64,000 bases of DNA from Bacteroidales bacterium (GCA_031271175.1 JAISWE010000099.1:30639-94638), one strand, 5' to 3'. Shown: positions 19,668-30,737, counted from the first letter of the stretch. Numbers and translations are program-made. Notes: generated by a model from the sequence alone, not told the origin.

Positions 19668-21236
19668 TTACTGTCGTTGTCCATAAACAAACAGTTCCCA
19701 GATATCCGCCTGGTTGGCTCTCTTGTTCTCTCCGTACCAGACGATCACATATCTTCCGGCGGTATTTGGCGGAAGGTTGAGCGTAACAGGGGCATTGCCG
19801 GGATTGTCGGCGGTATTGTTGTAATCGACCAGCACAGCGCCCCAATAGGCTTTGGGGGAAGTAATCAGCGTAGTACCCTGTAGTAGAAATTCACCGTTGG
19901 CGGTTTCCCAGCATTGGTCGTCCGAACTGACGAAAATTTTCAGGTTGGTGATGTAAGGCGCGCCGGAATAGGTTTCGGTACGGCTGCCTTGCCGTTCTCC
20001 GGGTCCGCGGAGCCAAATTTCAACGGCGGTTACCTCGGTTTCTGCGCCGAGGTCTACCACTATAGCCGGTCTGTTGTCGTTGGCTATGCCGCTGGGAAAA
20101 CTGGCTGCGCCGACGCCCGGCCTCCATGAAGAGTCAAAATCCCCGTCGAACAGGCCTGCTATGCGTTTGGGGTTATAGTCCGCGCTTTGATGCGACGAAG
20201 AACTCTTGATGGGCATTTGGGAACGATCCGGCACATACTGGACGGGGATGTAGCAAATGTTTTTCATCGTATCTACTTTCAACGGTTCGGTTACTCCGAT
20301 CAATTTCACAGGAATGATATTCAGTCCGGGATAAAGTTTTGACTTGTCTATCGTGCAGGTAAGGGTCAGTTTGTCTGTTCCCGCTTTTACGGACAAATCG
20401 CCCGATATGACGTAAGCGTCTGCCGGCGGAAGCGCTCCGTCGATGTGTGTCAGCGTAGCTGTAAACTCTTCCGTGTCGCCTTCCGTCTTTGATTTTAACC
20501 TTGTTTCTCTGTATTTTATTTTGCCTTTGGCTTCGGCTACCAATGCGCCGAGTTCGATACGGCTGTCTTCCAGCGTGATAACGCCGTCCCATCGGTTGGT
20601 AAAAGCCATTCCCACGTCGATCGTTTTCTCGATGGTTTCGTCTTCGCCTTCGAATACGCGCACCATTTCGAAATCGTCGGTCAAAATGCGTATCAACGGT
20701 TCATTTACGGTAAATTGCAGGAAAGATACGGTTTGCGATTCAAGGACGTCCACTCCTTCCGAAGCGATGGATACGGGCAGTACAAAATCCGTAAGTCCGT
20801 ATTTTGAGAATCCTGTTTCGCTGCCATGCCTGTTTTCCCATGCTTCCACGATTTTAGCAGGATCATATTCCACCTGAAACGGGGCGTACTGTTCCTCTTC
20901 TTTCATGGCAAAGATGTGTTGCGTTATCGTGTAACAGTCGTCGGGCAACAGTTCAAACCGGCTGTTGCTAGCGTTGTTGTAACTTTCCAGCGTGTCGGCA
21001 TCCACCGAAAATGTAACGGTACAGGCGGTATGGTTCAAGCCGCTTTTATTCGCCCAGATGCGGGCGACATATTTTTCGCCTATGTCGAAAGATTCTTCGA
21101 CATGGAAACCTGTTTTTACCAGATATACCTTGTCGGGAACCATGTTTTGCCGGCGGTTGTCTTCGCATGACCAGCAGACGACGGAAATCCATATTCCGAT
21201 GATGTATAAAAAAAGGTCTTTTGTTTTCATATTCAT
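19668..21236 (-). CDS. DUF1735 (BT_3987-like) plus F5/8 type C (discoidin) domain surface lipoprotein
   Basis: Lipoprotein signal MNMKTKDLFLYIIGIWISVVCWSCED. DKVYLVK...FSVDADTLESYNNASNSRFELLPDDCYTI is the DUF1735 pattern. C-terminal FDGDFDSSWRPG...IWELFVYGQ is discoidin-like. I moved the start from 21425 to 21236 to remove a 167-nt overlap with the SusD gene. Confidence 0.75.
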   Translation of the reverse strand: MNMKTKDLFLYIIGIWISVVCWSCEDNRRQNMVPDKVYLVKTGFHVEESFDIGEKYVARIWANKSGLNHTACTVTFSVDADTLESYNNASNSRFELLPDDCYTITQHIFAMKEEEQYAPFQVEYDPAKIVEAWENRHGSETGFSKYGLTDFVLPVSIASEGVDVLESQTVSFLQFTVNEPLIRILTDDFEMVRVFEGEDETIEKTIDVGMAFTNRWDGVITLEDSRIELGALVAEAKGKIKYRETRLKSKTEGDTEEFTATLTHIDGALPPADAYVISGDLSVKAGTDKLTLTCTIDKSKLYPGLNIIPVKLIGVTEPLKVDTMKNICYIPVQYVPDRSQMPIKSSSSHQSADYNPKRIAGLFDGDFDSSWRPGVGAASFPSGIANDNRPAIVVDLGAETEVTAVEIWLRGPGERQGSRTETYSGAPYITNLKIFVSSDDQCWETANGEFLLQGTTLITSPKAYWGAVLVDYNNTADNPGNAPVTLNLPPNTAGRYVIVWYGENKRANQADIWELFVYGQRQ

Positions 21237-21258
21237 TTTGATAATAAAAAATAATAAA

Positions 21259-23166
21259 TTACCAGCCATAAGACTGTTCGATGATTTTGTTCCTGTCCAG
21301 TTCGTTTTGATGCAAGGGATAGAGATAGTGTTTCGGCAGGAAAGTCCGGTTTCCCCTGTATATGGGCGTTCGTTTCCAGTAATCCGTGGCGCCGATGTTG
21401 TTGGGAGCGCCGTCGTCCACAACAATGTTCATGCCGTAAATGGGACAGGCATGGTTGGTGATTTCGGCTATTTTCCATCTGCGGATATCGAAGTACCGGC
21501 TGTTTTCAAAGAAAAGTTCTACCTGTCGTTCGCGTCGCAACATCAACCTCAGTTTGTCGCGGTCGTTTTCAATACCCGGATATACATTTTCTATGTCAGG
21601 AACTCCCGCTCTTGTCCGGAGTTCGTTCCAATAAGTCAGTACGTCGGGATTTTGCCAGTCATATTCTATCAGCGCCTCTATGTAGTCCAGATAAATTTCG
21701 CCCAGCCGTATCAGCGGCCACAAAGGGAAGACGAAACCGCTGTTGCCCAGGCTTGGGTCTGTTTCCCTGAAGGTGAATTTTCTGGGCGTATATCCGGTCA
21801 GGGGATGATTGGAGCCGCTGGCTTCGTAGCTATTCCCGCCATTTCCGAAATCGATGACGGTATTTTTTGCCAGATTGTTGCCATACACCCATTTTAAATT
21901 GTCATATACGATGCTCATGTAAAAGCGGGGTTCGCGGTTTACATACATGTTGAAGGTGAGCATGGTTTCCTTGTCCCACGGATGAAGGAAATTGCTTGCT
22001 CCCGTTTCGGAATAATTTGCGGCAGGATCCACAAGCGGATTTTTTCCGTCTTTTCCGTTCCATTCCGGACTTCCGTCGGCATATCCCGTTATCGGATATA
22101 TTCCGTTATTCATGGCAAAAGCATCCACTTGTTTTTGAGACACGCTGACGCCGCCCCAACAGCTCGTAAACGCTTTCGGAGTAAGTCGATAAACAAAATT
22201 TCTTGCTTCGGCTTCGGTTGTTCCAAAGGTCATGTGACGTCCGAATATGAGTTCGGAATTCCATTTTTGATAGTGTATTCCGTAAAGGGATTTGTACGGA
22301 TCCATGTTACCGTCGGTATATTCCCTGTACAATTCGTAACGCGGCAAGTCAATGACGGTTTTTGCCGCTGCCGCCGCATCCCGCCATTTTTGTTCGCTGT
22401 AGGCGACCGGCATCAGATTTTCGCCGGAAACATTACTTTTCCATCCTGCATAAATGGAGGCATCGGTATTGAACAGGGGGCTTGCCGCAAAGTTCAGCAA
22501 TACCGCCTTCAAGGCAAGCGCCGCGCCGCCGGTGGGTCGCCCCAGATTGGTATTGTTCTGTTCCGGATACAGGATATCTGCAATTTTTGTAAGTTCATCG
22601 CACACATAATCGACACATTCGTCGAAAGTATTCCTGCCGATGGTATATTCACCGTCCAGCGCCAGCAGTTCATCGTGCATGACGACCACAGGGCCGTATG
22701 TGCGAATGAGGTTTACGTAAAGCAGGGCGCGTATAAAGCGTACTTCTGCCTTGTATTGGGTTATTTCCTCATTGCTCAACTCCCCGCACATATCCGCGTT
22801 TTGCAGGAAATAATTAATATCTCTGATTCCCTGATAGCTATTTTGCCATTTGCCGTAAGGCACTTCGTTCGGATTCCATGAGCCGTTGTTCATTTTGTTC
22901 ACATCATGAGACCACGAAACATCGGATTCGTCGGATGCCGCACTCCACGGATAGCCGTTTGCAGCACTCAACAGCCAGTAATCCGGGATATAACTGTAGC
23001 AGTGGAAAAGATACTTTTCGGTATTTACTCTGCTTTTGAAAATATCCTCTGTGGTGGTAGGCTGATCCAGCGGTTGCTGGTCGAGAAAAGAGTCGCAGGA
23101 AAGCGGTACAAAAACGGTAAACGTTATGACAAACAAAACAATACGGTTGATTTTATAATTTTTCAT
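21259..23166 (-). CDS. SusD/RagB family nutrient-binding outer-membrane lipoprotein (pair 1)
   Basis: Lipobox VPLSCDSFLDQQP. TPR-like SusD body. C-terminal FDIRRW...YLYPLHQNELDRNKIIEQSYGW. Confidence 0.9.
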   Translation of the reverse strand: MKNYKINRIVLFVITFTVFVPLSCDSFLDQQPLDQPTTTEDIFKSRVNTEKYLFHCYSYIPDYWLLSAANGYPWSAASDESDVSWSHDVNKMNNGSWNPNEVPYGKWQNSYQGIRDINYFLQNADMCGELSNEEITQYKAEVRFIRALLYVNLIRTYGPVVVMHDELLALDGEYTIGRNTFDECVDYVCDELTKIADILYPEQNNTNLGRPTGGAALALKAVLLNFAASPLFNTDASIYAGWKSNVSGENLMPVAYSEQKWRDAAAAAKTVIDLPRYELYREYTDGNMDPYKSLYGIHYQKWNSELIFGRHMTFGTTEAEARNFVYRLTPKAFTSCWGGVSVSQKQVDAFAMNNGIYPITGYADGSPEWNGKDGKNPLVDPAANYSETGASNFLHPWDKETMLTFNMYVNREPRFYMSIVYDNLKWVYGNNLAKNTVIDFGNGGNSYEASGSNHPLTGYTPRKFTFRETDPSLGNSGFVFPLWPLIRLGEIYLDYIEALIEYDWQNPDVLTYWNELRTRAGVPDIENVYPGIENDRDKLRLMLRRERQVELFFENSRYFDIRRWKIAEITNHACPIYGMNIVVDDGAPNNIGATDYWKRTPIYRGNRTFLPKHYLYPLHQNELDRNKIIEQSYGW

Positions 23167-23171
23167 GATGA

Positions 23172-26100
23172 TTAGAAATTTAAATTGACTCCGAAATTGA
23201 TAATTCTGTTGGGTGGATATTTGGATCCCTGCCCGTCGTCTATTTCCGGGTCAAAGAGTTTGAAGTCAGAAAAAGTAAGCAGATTGATGCCCGAACAGTA
23301 GAAATGCAGGCTTTGGATGCTCAGTTTTTCCGTTAACCGCTTTGGTATGGTATAACCGATGGCGGCATTTTTCAGTCTCATATAACTGATGTCTCTTTGC
23401 CAGAAGGTCGATTGCAGGTTATTGTTGGTATTGGCGCCTATGGTTGCTCTCGGATAGCGGGCGGCAGGATCCGGATTGTCCAGTCGCCATGAATGATAAA
23501 ATACATCTTCATAAAAACCCGAAGTGGCTTCACCTGCTCCGGAGAATGTTCTGAAGGCGGTTCCGCTCAGGAACTTGGTAGTGTGCGATACGCCTTGGAA
23601 CAATACCGACAGGTCGAAATTTTTCCACTGGAAGGAAGCCCCAAAACCATACGTGATTTCAGGCACCCAGCTATGTCCGACAGGCACCTGGTCATACGAA
23701 TTGATCACCCCGTCGCCGTTGATATCCTTGTACTTGATGTCGCCTATCCGCAAATCTCCATATTGAGGGGGGCTTTGGTCGATTTCTTCCTGCGAGGCAA
23801 AGAGTCCCATGGCTACATATCCGGTCTGTTGATCGACCGGTAACCCGATTTTGGTCATGTACGGATATTCCGGAATGGGCTGGGCATTTTTGAGAATTTT
23901 GCTGCGGTTGTAGGTAAAGTTGCCTCTAAAGGATATTTGAAAATCGCCCACTGTGTGGAAGGATTCCAGTTGCGTCTCCATTCCCCGATTCAGCACTTCG
24001 CCGATATTCACATAAGGGAGTGTAGCAATTCCCGCAATGTAGGTCAAATCATTCCGTTGCAGGAATATCCCCGTGCGGTAATCGCGGAAATAATCCGCCT
24101 GAACATTGATTTTTCCCCAAAGCGACAATTCCATGCCCAAATCAAATTTCTGAGATTTCTCCCATGATACGTTAGGGCTGCCGAAATTGGATATTTGGGC
24201 GCCCGTTTTGCTTGTTGACTGTTGCCCTAATGAGTAAGCATTAGCCACATTAAGGTTGAAGGTGTCGTGGTAAATGAAACGGGCAATCTCATCGTCATCG
24301 TCATCTTTGATCTTATCATTTCCCACCAGCCCGTAAGATCCTCTGATTTTCAATTTGCTGATTACATCGGTGAGCGACTTGAAAAAGCCTTCGTTGGAAA
24401 TCAACCATCCCAAAGCAATGGAAGGGAAGAATCCGAAACGATGGTCTGGGCTAAAATTTTCCGATCCGTTGTATCCGAAATTACCTTCCAGCAAATAGCG
24501 GTCATCGAATCCATAGGTGAGGCGACCTGCAATACCCTGATTTCGATAGGGAACCGACCGATCAATCTTATCGGCCTGTACATAGCGCATGGATTTCTGG
24601 TTGTACAGAAAAAGCGCTCCTACCCTGTGTACACCGAAGTTCCTGGAATAGGTTAACGAACCTTCAAGATAGAAGGTCTTTTTCCCCGAAGAGCTTTTGC
24701 TGTAACCCAGTGTTTCCGTACCGTTCGACACTACCGGATTGAAAAGCAGCGCCCCGTCGTCATCCCTGCCGTAAGCATAGAAAGTGTTGGGCGTACGGGA
24801 ATAGTTGACGGTTTGCCGCGTTAGCATGTCCCATGAAAATTTGATGTTGGCTTCAAGCCCCGGGATGATCAGTTCGCTGAAATCCTGCTTTAATCCCAAC
24901 AGCGCCTGGGCATTGTTCCAGTATTCATTCTTGAATCCGTCCTGTGTCAACAGGTTGTAGGGATTTTGCCCTCCTCCGGGATATGCGGAAAGCGATCCGT
25001 CGGAGTAAACGGCAGGCACCAGGCCGGGAGCATAAGTAAACGCTCTCGACCAGATGTCTTCCTTGTTGCTGTTGGGCGATACGCGCGTTTCGTAGATATT
25101 GGACAGATTGACGTTGACAACAGTGGTTGGCGTCAGGCTGACGTCAACGTTGGAACGGAAATTAAACTTGTCGTAATCAATAGAGGTATTGTAGCGTTGC
25201 GTATGGTCTTCCTTGTAGATACTTCCTTCATGATAGTAAGTCCCGGATATGAAATAGCGGGCGATACTCCCTCCTCCGCTGATGTTGGCATTGACGCGCT
25301 GGTTGTGGGCTACGGGCTTGAACATTTTGTTTACCCAGTTCACATTCGGGTACAGGTCGGGGTCTTCGCCGGAACTCAGTTTTGCAATGGTGGCATCGTC
25401 AAAAAGATGCGCTCCTCCGGAAGTGTAACCGTACGTTTCATTGTAAAGCTCAGCGTATTGCGCCGCATCTGCCATTTTGGGCAGTCTGACGGGAGAAACG
25501 AAACCGGTTTCCGCACGTACCGTCACCTTGGCAGGCCCCTGTTCGCCGCTTCTCGTGGTGATCAAAAGCACGCCATTGGCGCCGCGTACTCCGTAGATGG
25601 CAGTGGCGGTTGCATCCTTCAAGATGGAAAAGGTTTCGATGTCTTCAACATCTACCAGATCCAGTTCGCGTTCAATGCCGTCAACCAGCACCAGCGGTTT
25701 GTTGGATGCGCTGTTGGTGGTACTCACCCCGCGTATCCAGAACTGCGCACTTGACCCCGGTTCGCCCGACCGTTGAATGGATATTACGCCGCCCAATTGT
25801 CCTGCCAGCACGGTGGATATTTGACCGGCAGGTAGTTTCAATTGGGCAGGGTTGAGAGAAGTAATCGCTCCTACCACACTCTCTTTCTTTTGCACGCCGT
25901 AGCCCACTACCACCACTTCTTCCAATTCGGCCGTTGATTCGTTCAAAACGAAATCAATTACCGTTCGGTCACCGACCACCTCTTCTACGGTGGTATAACC
26001 GACAAAAGAAACGGTAAGCACCGGATTTTTCACATTCACCGGATGAATAACGTATTCTCCATTGATATCGCTGGTGGTTCCGAGAGAGGTTTCCTTGACC

Positions 26101-26267
26101 CAAATCGAAGCGCCCGGCAATGGAGAGCCGGAATCATCCATGACTCGACCTTTCACCGTATGGTCTTGAGCAGACACCGGTAAAACAAGCATTGCGCTCA
26201 GCAGCGCCGTCATTATTGCAGACAGTATCTTCCGTCCTGTGGAATTATTATATCCAGTATTGATCAT
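23172..26267 (-). CDS. SusC/RagA family TonB-linked outer-membrane transporter (pair 1)
   Basis: Carboxypeptidase-regulatory-like N-domain (VKGRVMDDSGSPLPGASIWVKETSLGTTSDINGEYVI), plug (VVVGYGVQKKESVVGA...IRG), TIGR04056-like barrel, and the last residue is F. Confidence 0.92.
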   Translation of the reverse strand: MINTGYNNSTGRKILSAIMTALLSAMLVLPVSAQDHTVKGRVMDDSGSPLPGASIWVKETSLGTTSDINGEYVIHPVNVKNPVLTVSFVGYTTVEEVVGDRTVIDFVLNESTAELEEVVVVGYGVQKKESVVGAITSLNPAQLKLPAGQISTVLAGQLGGVISIQRSGEPGSSAQFWIRGVSTTNSASNKPLVLVDGIERELDLVDVEDIETFSILKDATATAIYGVRGANGVLLITTRSGEQGPAKVTVRAETGFVSPVRLPKMADAAQYAELYNETYGYTSGGAHLFDDATIAKLSSGEDPDLYPNVNWVNKMFKPVAHNQRVNANISGGGSIARYFISGTYYHEGSIYKEDHTQRYNTSIDYDKFNFRSNVDVSLTPTTVVNVNLSNIYETRVSPNSNKEDIWSRAFTYAPGLVPAVYSDGSLSAYPGGGQNPYNLLTQDGFKNEYWNNAQALLGLKQDFSELIIPGLEANIKFSWDMLTRQTVNYSRTPNTFYAYGRDDDGALLFNPVVSNGTETLGYSKSSSGKKTFYLEGSLTYSRNFGVHRVGALFLYNQKSMRYVQADKIDRSVPYRNQGIAGRLTYGFDDRYLLEGNFGYNGSENFSPDHRFGFFPSIALGWLISNEGFFKSLTDVISKLKIRGSYGLVGNDKIKDDDDDEIARFIYHDTFNLNVANAYSLGQQSTSKTGAQISNFGSPNVSWEKSQKFDLGMELSLWGKINVQADYFRDYRTGIFLQRNDLTYIAGIATLPYVNIGEVLNRGMETQLESFHTVGDFQISFRGNFTYNRSKILKNAQPIPEYPYMTKIGLPVDQQTGYVAMGLFASQEEIDQSPPQYGDLRIGDIKYKDINGDGVINSYDQVPVGHSWVPEITYGFGASFQWKNFDLSVLFQGVSHTTKFLSGTAFRTFSGAGEATSGFYEDVFYHSWRLDNPDPAARYPRATIGANTNNNLQSTFWQRDISYMRLKNAAIGYTIPKRLTEKLSIQSLHFYCSGINLLTFSDFKLFDPEIDDGQGSKYPPNRIINFGVNLNF
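25884..26239 (-). repeat. 356-bp tract 97.8% identical to 38688-39043 (5' end of the SusC gene)
   Basis: Hand alignment gives 8 substitutions in 356 bp and no indels. The tract covers the signal peptide, the carboxypeptidase-like domain and the TonB-box region. The rest of the two SusC proteins is highly divergent. Confidence 0.9.
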
Positions 26268-26362
26268 TATTTATTTATTTTAATTTATTTATTGATGGAT
26301 GTTCGCAAAATCGATTTTTCATCTATAGACATGATTTGCTTATCGTCAGTTTTGCATATTTG

Positions 26363-27853
26363 TTATTCCGCAACTTCCTGAAAATAACAATCATCCATCA
26401 GCATGATGGGCGATGCATATCTCTGTTCTACAGGGCCGTATGCGTTAGGGTTAGGCTGATCAATGGAAAAACGCACCTGTTCATTGAAATCTTCCGGTAC
26501 AGTCCATAGCCCTTCCGGCCGGAGGAGATTGTACGGTTGTGTCGGGTCGGTAACTATGGGTACTGCATGATGCAGGGTCATCCCATCCATAGAAAGGATT
26601 TTCACCGATTGGACAGGATGTAATCCGACCGGTACTGCCGGATGGATTGCCTGTGTGCCGCCATTAGGCCGGTAAGCAATAACAGCGCTTATATAGTACG
26701 TCTTGCCCGGGGTTACTGTTATTCCTTCCTGGTAAATGCCGCCTCCATTGTTGCCATTCACTCTGCACGCATATTTTCCTTCGAAGGTGAAGAAATTAAA
26801 AATGCCGGTAGTGAAATCCGTTTGTGTATTCCAGACGCGAAGTGTAACGTTAGCGCCGGGATTGTTTGTATTGCCCGCCGCTTTATACGGAGGATAATTC
26901 TGTAACCAGTCGCGTCCGAGGGTACCCGACAACTTTGTCCATCCGGTAAAAGCGTCGTTAGCCGCCTCAACTGCCGGTAATTCAAAACTTGGATTTTGCA
27001 GGATATTCGCCCCAAGGTTGGATAAGTCGGGTATCCATACCGCGCCTTCACCCGATGGGCCATCACCAGACGTGGCGGTAATAGTCGCTCTTCCGGGCGA
27101 AACAGCGGTTACTTCTCCGGTAACGACATCGACCGTGGCAATTGATTCATCACTGGAACTCCATGTTACCACCTTATTTTCTGCATCTTCAGGAAGGACA
27201 GTGTAGGACAGGGTTCCCTTTTTGCCCGAGATCAACCGTAATATGTCGCTTGATAGTTTTACTTCAGCAACGCGGATCGGGATTACTTCGACTTCACAAG
27301 CGGCTGTTATGCTTTCGTCGTCACGCGAAGTAGCGGTAATGATGGCTGTTCCATACTCATTTGCGGTTATTTCGCCGCTATCAACGTCAATGGAAACGAC
27401 GGACGGATTGTTCGACTTCCATTCCAGGACTTTGTTGAGGGCGCTGTGGGGTACAAAAACGAATGTCAGGTTTGTTGTTGTACCCCGCGGTATCTGTATC
27501 GCATCTTGGAGGAACACAATATCGCTTAGCGGATGTATCACCTGAACGTTAACTGAGGCCGACCGGGCGCCGTCTATCGTGGTAGCCGTCACGACAGCCG
27601 TTCCCGGCAATATGCCGGTTACCACGCCGCTAACCACTGTTGCCACGCCGGGCATGTCGGTTGACCACACTATTTTTTGGCTGGCGTCGGAAGGTTCAAC
27701 GGTCGCCTTCAATTTCAGCGTTTCGCCGACGGGTAGCATGACAGGATCGGCGGTTTGATGCATCGTGACACCGGTGGCCGTTACGTCTTTCTCCTTTTCA
27801 CCACACGAAACTATCATCAGGGTGGTTATCAAAATACCAAATGTTCTTTTCAT
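26363..27853 (-). CDS. surface lipoprotein with 4x Big_2 (bacterial Ig-like group 2) domains and a C-terminal CBM4_9-like domain
   Basis: Lipobox MIVSCGEK. Repeated ...VTAVSPGRATITATS... Big_2 motifs. ILQNPSFELPAVE...GKYACRVNGNNGGGIYQ resembles the CBM4/9 jelly-roll. Confidence 0.75.
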   Translation of the reverse strand: MKRTFGILITTLMIVSCGEKEKDVTATGVTMHQTADPVMLPVGETLKLKATVEPSDASQKIVWSTDMPGVATVVSGVVTGILPGTAVVTATTIDGARSASVNVQVIHPLSDIVFLQDAIQIPRGTTTNLTFVFVPHSALNKVLEWKSNNPSVVSIDVDSGEITANEYGTAIITATSRDDESITAACEVEVIPIRVAEVKLSSDILRLISGKKGTLSYTVLPEDAENKVVTWSSSDESIATVDVVTGEVTAVSPGRATITATSGDGPSGEGAVWIPDLSNLGANILQNPSFELPAVEAANDAFTGWTKLSGTLGRDWLQNYPPYKAAGNTNNPGANVTLRVWNTQTDFTTGIFNFFTFEGKYACRVNGNNGGGIYQEGITVTPGKTYYISAVIAYRPNGGTQAIHPAVPVGLHPVQSVKILSMDGMTLHHAVPIVTDPTQPYNLLRPEGLWTVPEDFNEQVRFSIDQPNPNAYGPVEQRYASPIMLMDDCYFQEVAE

Positions 27854-27882
27854 TGTTTTATATGTTTAAAAGTGAGTCTTCA

Positions 27883-28827
27883 TTACCATGTTTCGAATCT
27901 TAACTCTTTCTCCACATCCTGGCGAAGCACCAATACCTCGTTCACTAAGTAACTTGTACCATCCTTGGTGTACAGGTAGTCGAAGGTAAAAGTTTTGGTA
28001 TCGGCGTTGTAAGTTGATCCGCGATCGGCAACAGCGTTACTTCCAGGGTTTGTGGCAAGGGTTACTACTCCTGCAACCAAATTTACCAGAAGATGATCGG
28101 CAGCGGCAACAGTACTGTTGCTGTTATCCAAGTTTCCCATACCTGCCATATCAAACTGAGTAAGTGACCGGGTAGTGAGCAAACGGATCTTGTTTTTGCT
28201 CAGATCAATGTTGGCATATTCCTCTGTGGTTTCCGGAACGATAGCCGTTCCATCCCACTGCGCCTGCCAACCTTTGGTGTAGTAAGCTCCGCTATGCTCG
28301 TCAATATACTTGATCACGATGATGGCATAATCCCTGCCGGAAAGGATCGAATCCGCATCGGTACTCAATAGCCGCAAGGGAAGGGCATAGGTATTTTCCA
28401 AAGAAGCTGGATGAAGATTGACGAATTTTTCTTTGTCGATCTTTACCGGACAATCTCCTAAAAACTTACCTGCGGGAATGACAAAGGTATGGTTTGCATT
28501 TTCAATACTGTAGCAGTCATCCGGCAGCAGGGTGAATATGTCCGCGCCATCCACTGTGTTCAGCAAATTAGTATCAACCATAAACTCTACAGCGTAGCCC
28601 TTTGATTCGCGCACTCCGCCCAAAGCGACTCCGATCTTAAATTCTAGGGAATCCCGGTCGGTCCTCGTTACGAGCGTTCGTAACTGCCGCTGCGTTCCGA
28701 AATATACGGCCGAATAATCGTAATCCTTCACATACTCTTCATACTTTTCGCACGCAACGATCTCCATAAGGAGCGTAAACACAATGATGTTCCTAATAAT
28801 AGGCTTGATGTTCAAATTAGTTTTCAT
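27883..28827 (-). CDS. DUF1735/DUF4361-like PUL accessory lipoprotein
   Basis: MKTNLNIKPIIRNIIVFTLLMEIVACEK lipobox. YSAVYFGTQRQLRTLV...FTLLPDDCYSI pattern. I chose the start at M9. Confidence 0.7.
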   Translation of the reverse strand: MKTNLNIKPIIRNIIVFTLLMEIVACEKYEEYVKDYDYSAVYFGTQRQLRTLVTRTDRDSLEFKIGVALGGVRESKGYAVEFMVDTNLLNTVDGADIFTLLPDDCYSIENANHTFVIPAGKFLGDCPVKIDKEKFVNLHPASLENTYALPLRLLSTDADSILSGRDYAIIVIKYIDEHSGAYYTKGWQAQWDGTAIVPETTEEYANIDLSKNKIRLLTTRSLTQFDMAGMGNLDNSNSTVAAADHLLVNLVAGVVTLATNPGSNAVADRGSTYNADTKTFTFDYLYTKDGTSYLVNEVLVLRQDVEKELRFETW

Positions 28828-28844
28828 AACATTCCTTTTTTTAA

Positions 28845-30713
28845 TTACCATCCGGCATTTTGAATAAGATTGGGGTTTTTGACAAGTTCCGCATAAGGGA
28901 TCGGGCTGCTGTAATACTTTTCGTCCGCAAGCAGATGCCGTTCCTGTACCACAATATCATCTTCGCCGGGATTTGTTCCGAAATAAACAAAGTTATTATT
29001 TTCTTCCTTATAAATTTTTATCCCGAGAATAGCCGTATTCAGCGGCAATTTCCAGCGACGCATGTCCCACAGGCGCATATTTTCGAATGCAAATTCCAAA
29101 CGGCGCTCGTTGAGTAGCAGGTCTCTGAATTTTTCGGCGCCTTCAAGGGCAACTTCATCAACATAAGCATTACCTGTGCCGTAGAGGGTGCGCAGCCTCT
29201 TAACAATGGCAACCGGCGTATGGGCGGCATTGCCTCCGGGCAACGCTCCTTCGGGGCCGTACAGTTCGTTCAGCGCTTCGGCAAGATTCAGCCACACTTC
29301 CGCACGGCGCATCAGAGGATTACTGTGGTAATCGGTCTGCGTGCCGCCCGGATTATCGGGATTGTAATTCACATTCAACTTGTTCGACATGCCTTTGCGG
29401 AGATAGTATCCTGTCCATGTGTTGCGGAAATCGTAGCCGGGGCTGTCAAAGCCCACTGTGCTGTCGGCTGCGCTCGAATATATCTGCAATGGACGTATTT
29501 CGGTACCCAGCCCGTAGAAACGGAGTCCGTTATAACTGATTTGCTGCTCAAACCGGCCATCACGGTTAATATACGGATGCTGAGAATCATATCCCGACCG
29601 CACATCGGTAATGGGATAACCGTTCTTCATGGGATAGGCATTCACAAGGTTTTGCGAAGGGTTACATTTTCCTTCCCCGAACCACATCGGAGGAAAGTGA
29701 TTTAATTCCGGCACGCGATTGTTGGACGTCCGCCTGAACAGTATCTCGTTATAGGAGTTCGCGTGGGCGGGGACATTAACATTAGCCCCCACGAGCATGT
29801 CATTGTCCAACGGAATCATGTCGTTCAATGCGCCCATCTGTCCTACCGAGATCGCCTCATGGGCCATAACGGCGGCACGCAGCCATTTTTTTCGAATGGA
29901 ATCTTCGGAAATAGCGTTGGCGCCAAGGGGTTGATATGCCGGTGAAGCGGCAAGCAATGCGATACGCGATTTGAGCGACAGGACAGCCTTGCCCGAAGCC
30001 CGTCCGAGATTGTCCATGCCGTAAGGCGGGTCATTGGAATTGTTATTGGCGTACTGCAACGGCAAATATTTGAAGGCCGTGTCGCAGTCCGCCAGAATCT
30101 GGCGGACACAAATCTCAAATTCGCTGCGCGGATATGCGTTTACCGTTTCACGTTCTTCCTCATGAAAGGTACGGGTCACGATGACATAACCCAAAACCTT
30201 GCCGTCGATGGAAGAACGGCCTCCGTAATTCCTGAGCAGTTCCATTTGCCACCAGGCACGGAGAAAATAGGCTTCGCCCTTGGAACGTTCCCTGTATTTT
30301 TTGTCACGTTCCGAATCGGAAATGTCATAGATGATATCGGGCGAAAGTCCCTTTTCCAGAAAGAGATTCGCAGTTGCGATGGCGCTATAGGCCGTTGCCC
30401 AGTTATTCAAAGCGCCGGAATGTGCCGTCTGGTTTCCGAAAACATAGGTGTAGAGTGTTGAGGCCAATCCCGTGGTCAATGAATTATCGGTGACGGCATC
30501 CAGATAGTTGTTGCCGTCGTAACTGCAGGTGGTTTCCCCGATGGCGCCATACGCCTCCAAAAGGGTTCCCATTGCATAAGATGGCAACTTCCATGTGATA
30601 TCGTCGCCGTATTGATTGGTCAACTTCGGTTCGAGATAATTATCGCATGAAGATACGGAGATGAGCATCAACGCGAGACCGAAACAAAGATATTTTCTAA
30701 TTTTCATGTTCAT
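28845..30713 (-). CDS. SusD/RagB family lipoprotein (pair 2)
   Basis: Lipobox LISVSSCDNYLEP. C-terminal WDMRRW...YSSPIPYAELVKNPNLIQNAGW. Confidence 0.9.
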   Translation of the reverse strand: MNMKIRKYLCFGLALMLISVSSCDNYLEPKLTNQYGDDITWKLPSYAMGTLLEAYGAIGETTCSYDGNNYLDAVTDNSLTTGLASTLYTYVFGNQTAHSGALNNWATAYSAIATANLFLEKGLSPDIIYDISDSERDKKYRERSKGEAYFLRAWWQMELLRNYGGRSSIDGKVLGYVIVTRTFHEEERETVNAYPRSEFEICVRQILADCDTAFKYLPLQYANNNSNDPPYGMDNLGRASGKAVLSLKSRIALLAASPAYQPLGANAISEDSIRKKWLRAAVMAHEAISVGQMGALNDMIPLDNDMLVGANVNVPAHANSYNEILFRRTSNNRVPELNHFPPMWFGEGKCNPSQNLVNAYPMKNGYPITDVRSGYDSQHPYINRDGRFEQQISYNGLRFYGLGTEIRPLQIYSSAADSTVGFDSPGYDFRNTWTGYYLRKGMSNKLNVNYNPDNPGGTQTDYHSNPLMRRAEVWLNLAEALNELYGPEGALPGGNAAHTPVAIVKRLRTLYGTGNAYVDEVALEGAEKFRDLLLNERRLEFAFENMRLWDMRRWKLPLNTAILGIKIYKEENNNFVYFGTNPGEDDIVVQERHLLADEKYYSSPIPYAELVKNPNLIQNAGW

Positions 30714-30737
30714 ATTATTTGTTTTGATGATTATGGT

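Noticed and set aside
21237-21425. 63-aa N-terminal extension of the DUF1735/discoidin gene in the ORF track
   Set aside because: It would overlap the SusD gene by 167 nt. An internal MNMKTKDL... start gives a proper lipoprotein signal 22 nt downstream of the SusD stop.
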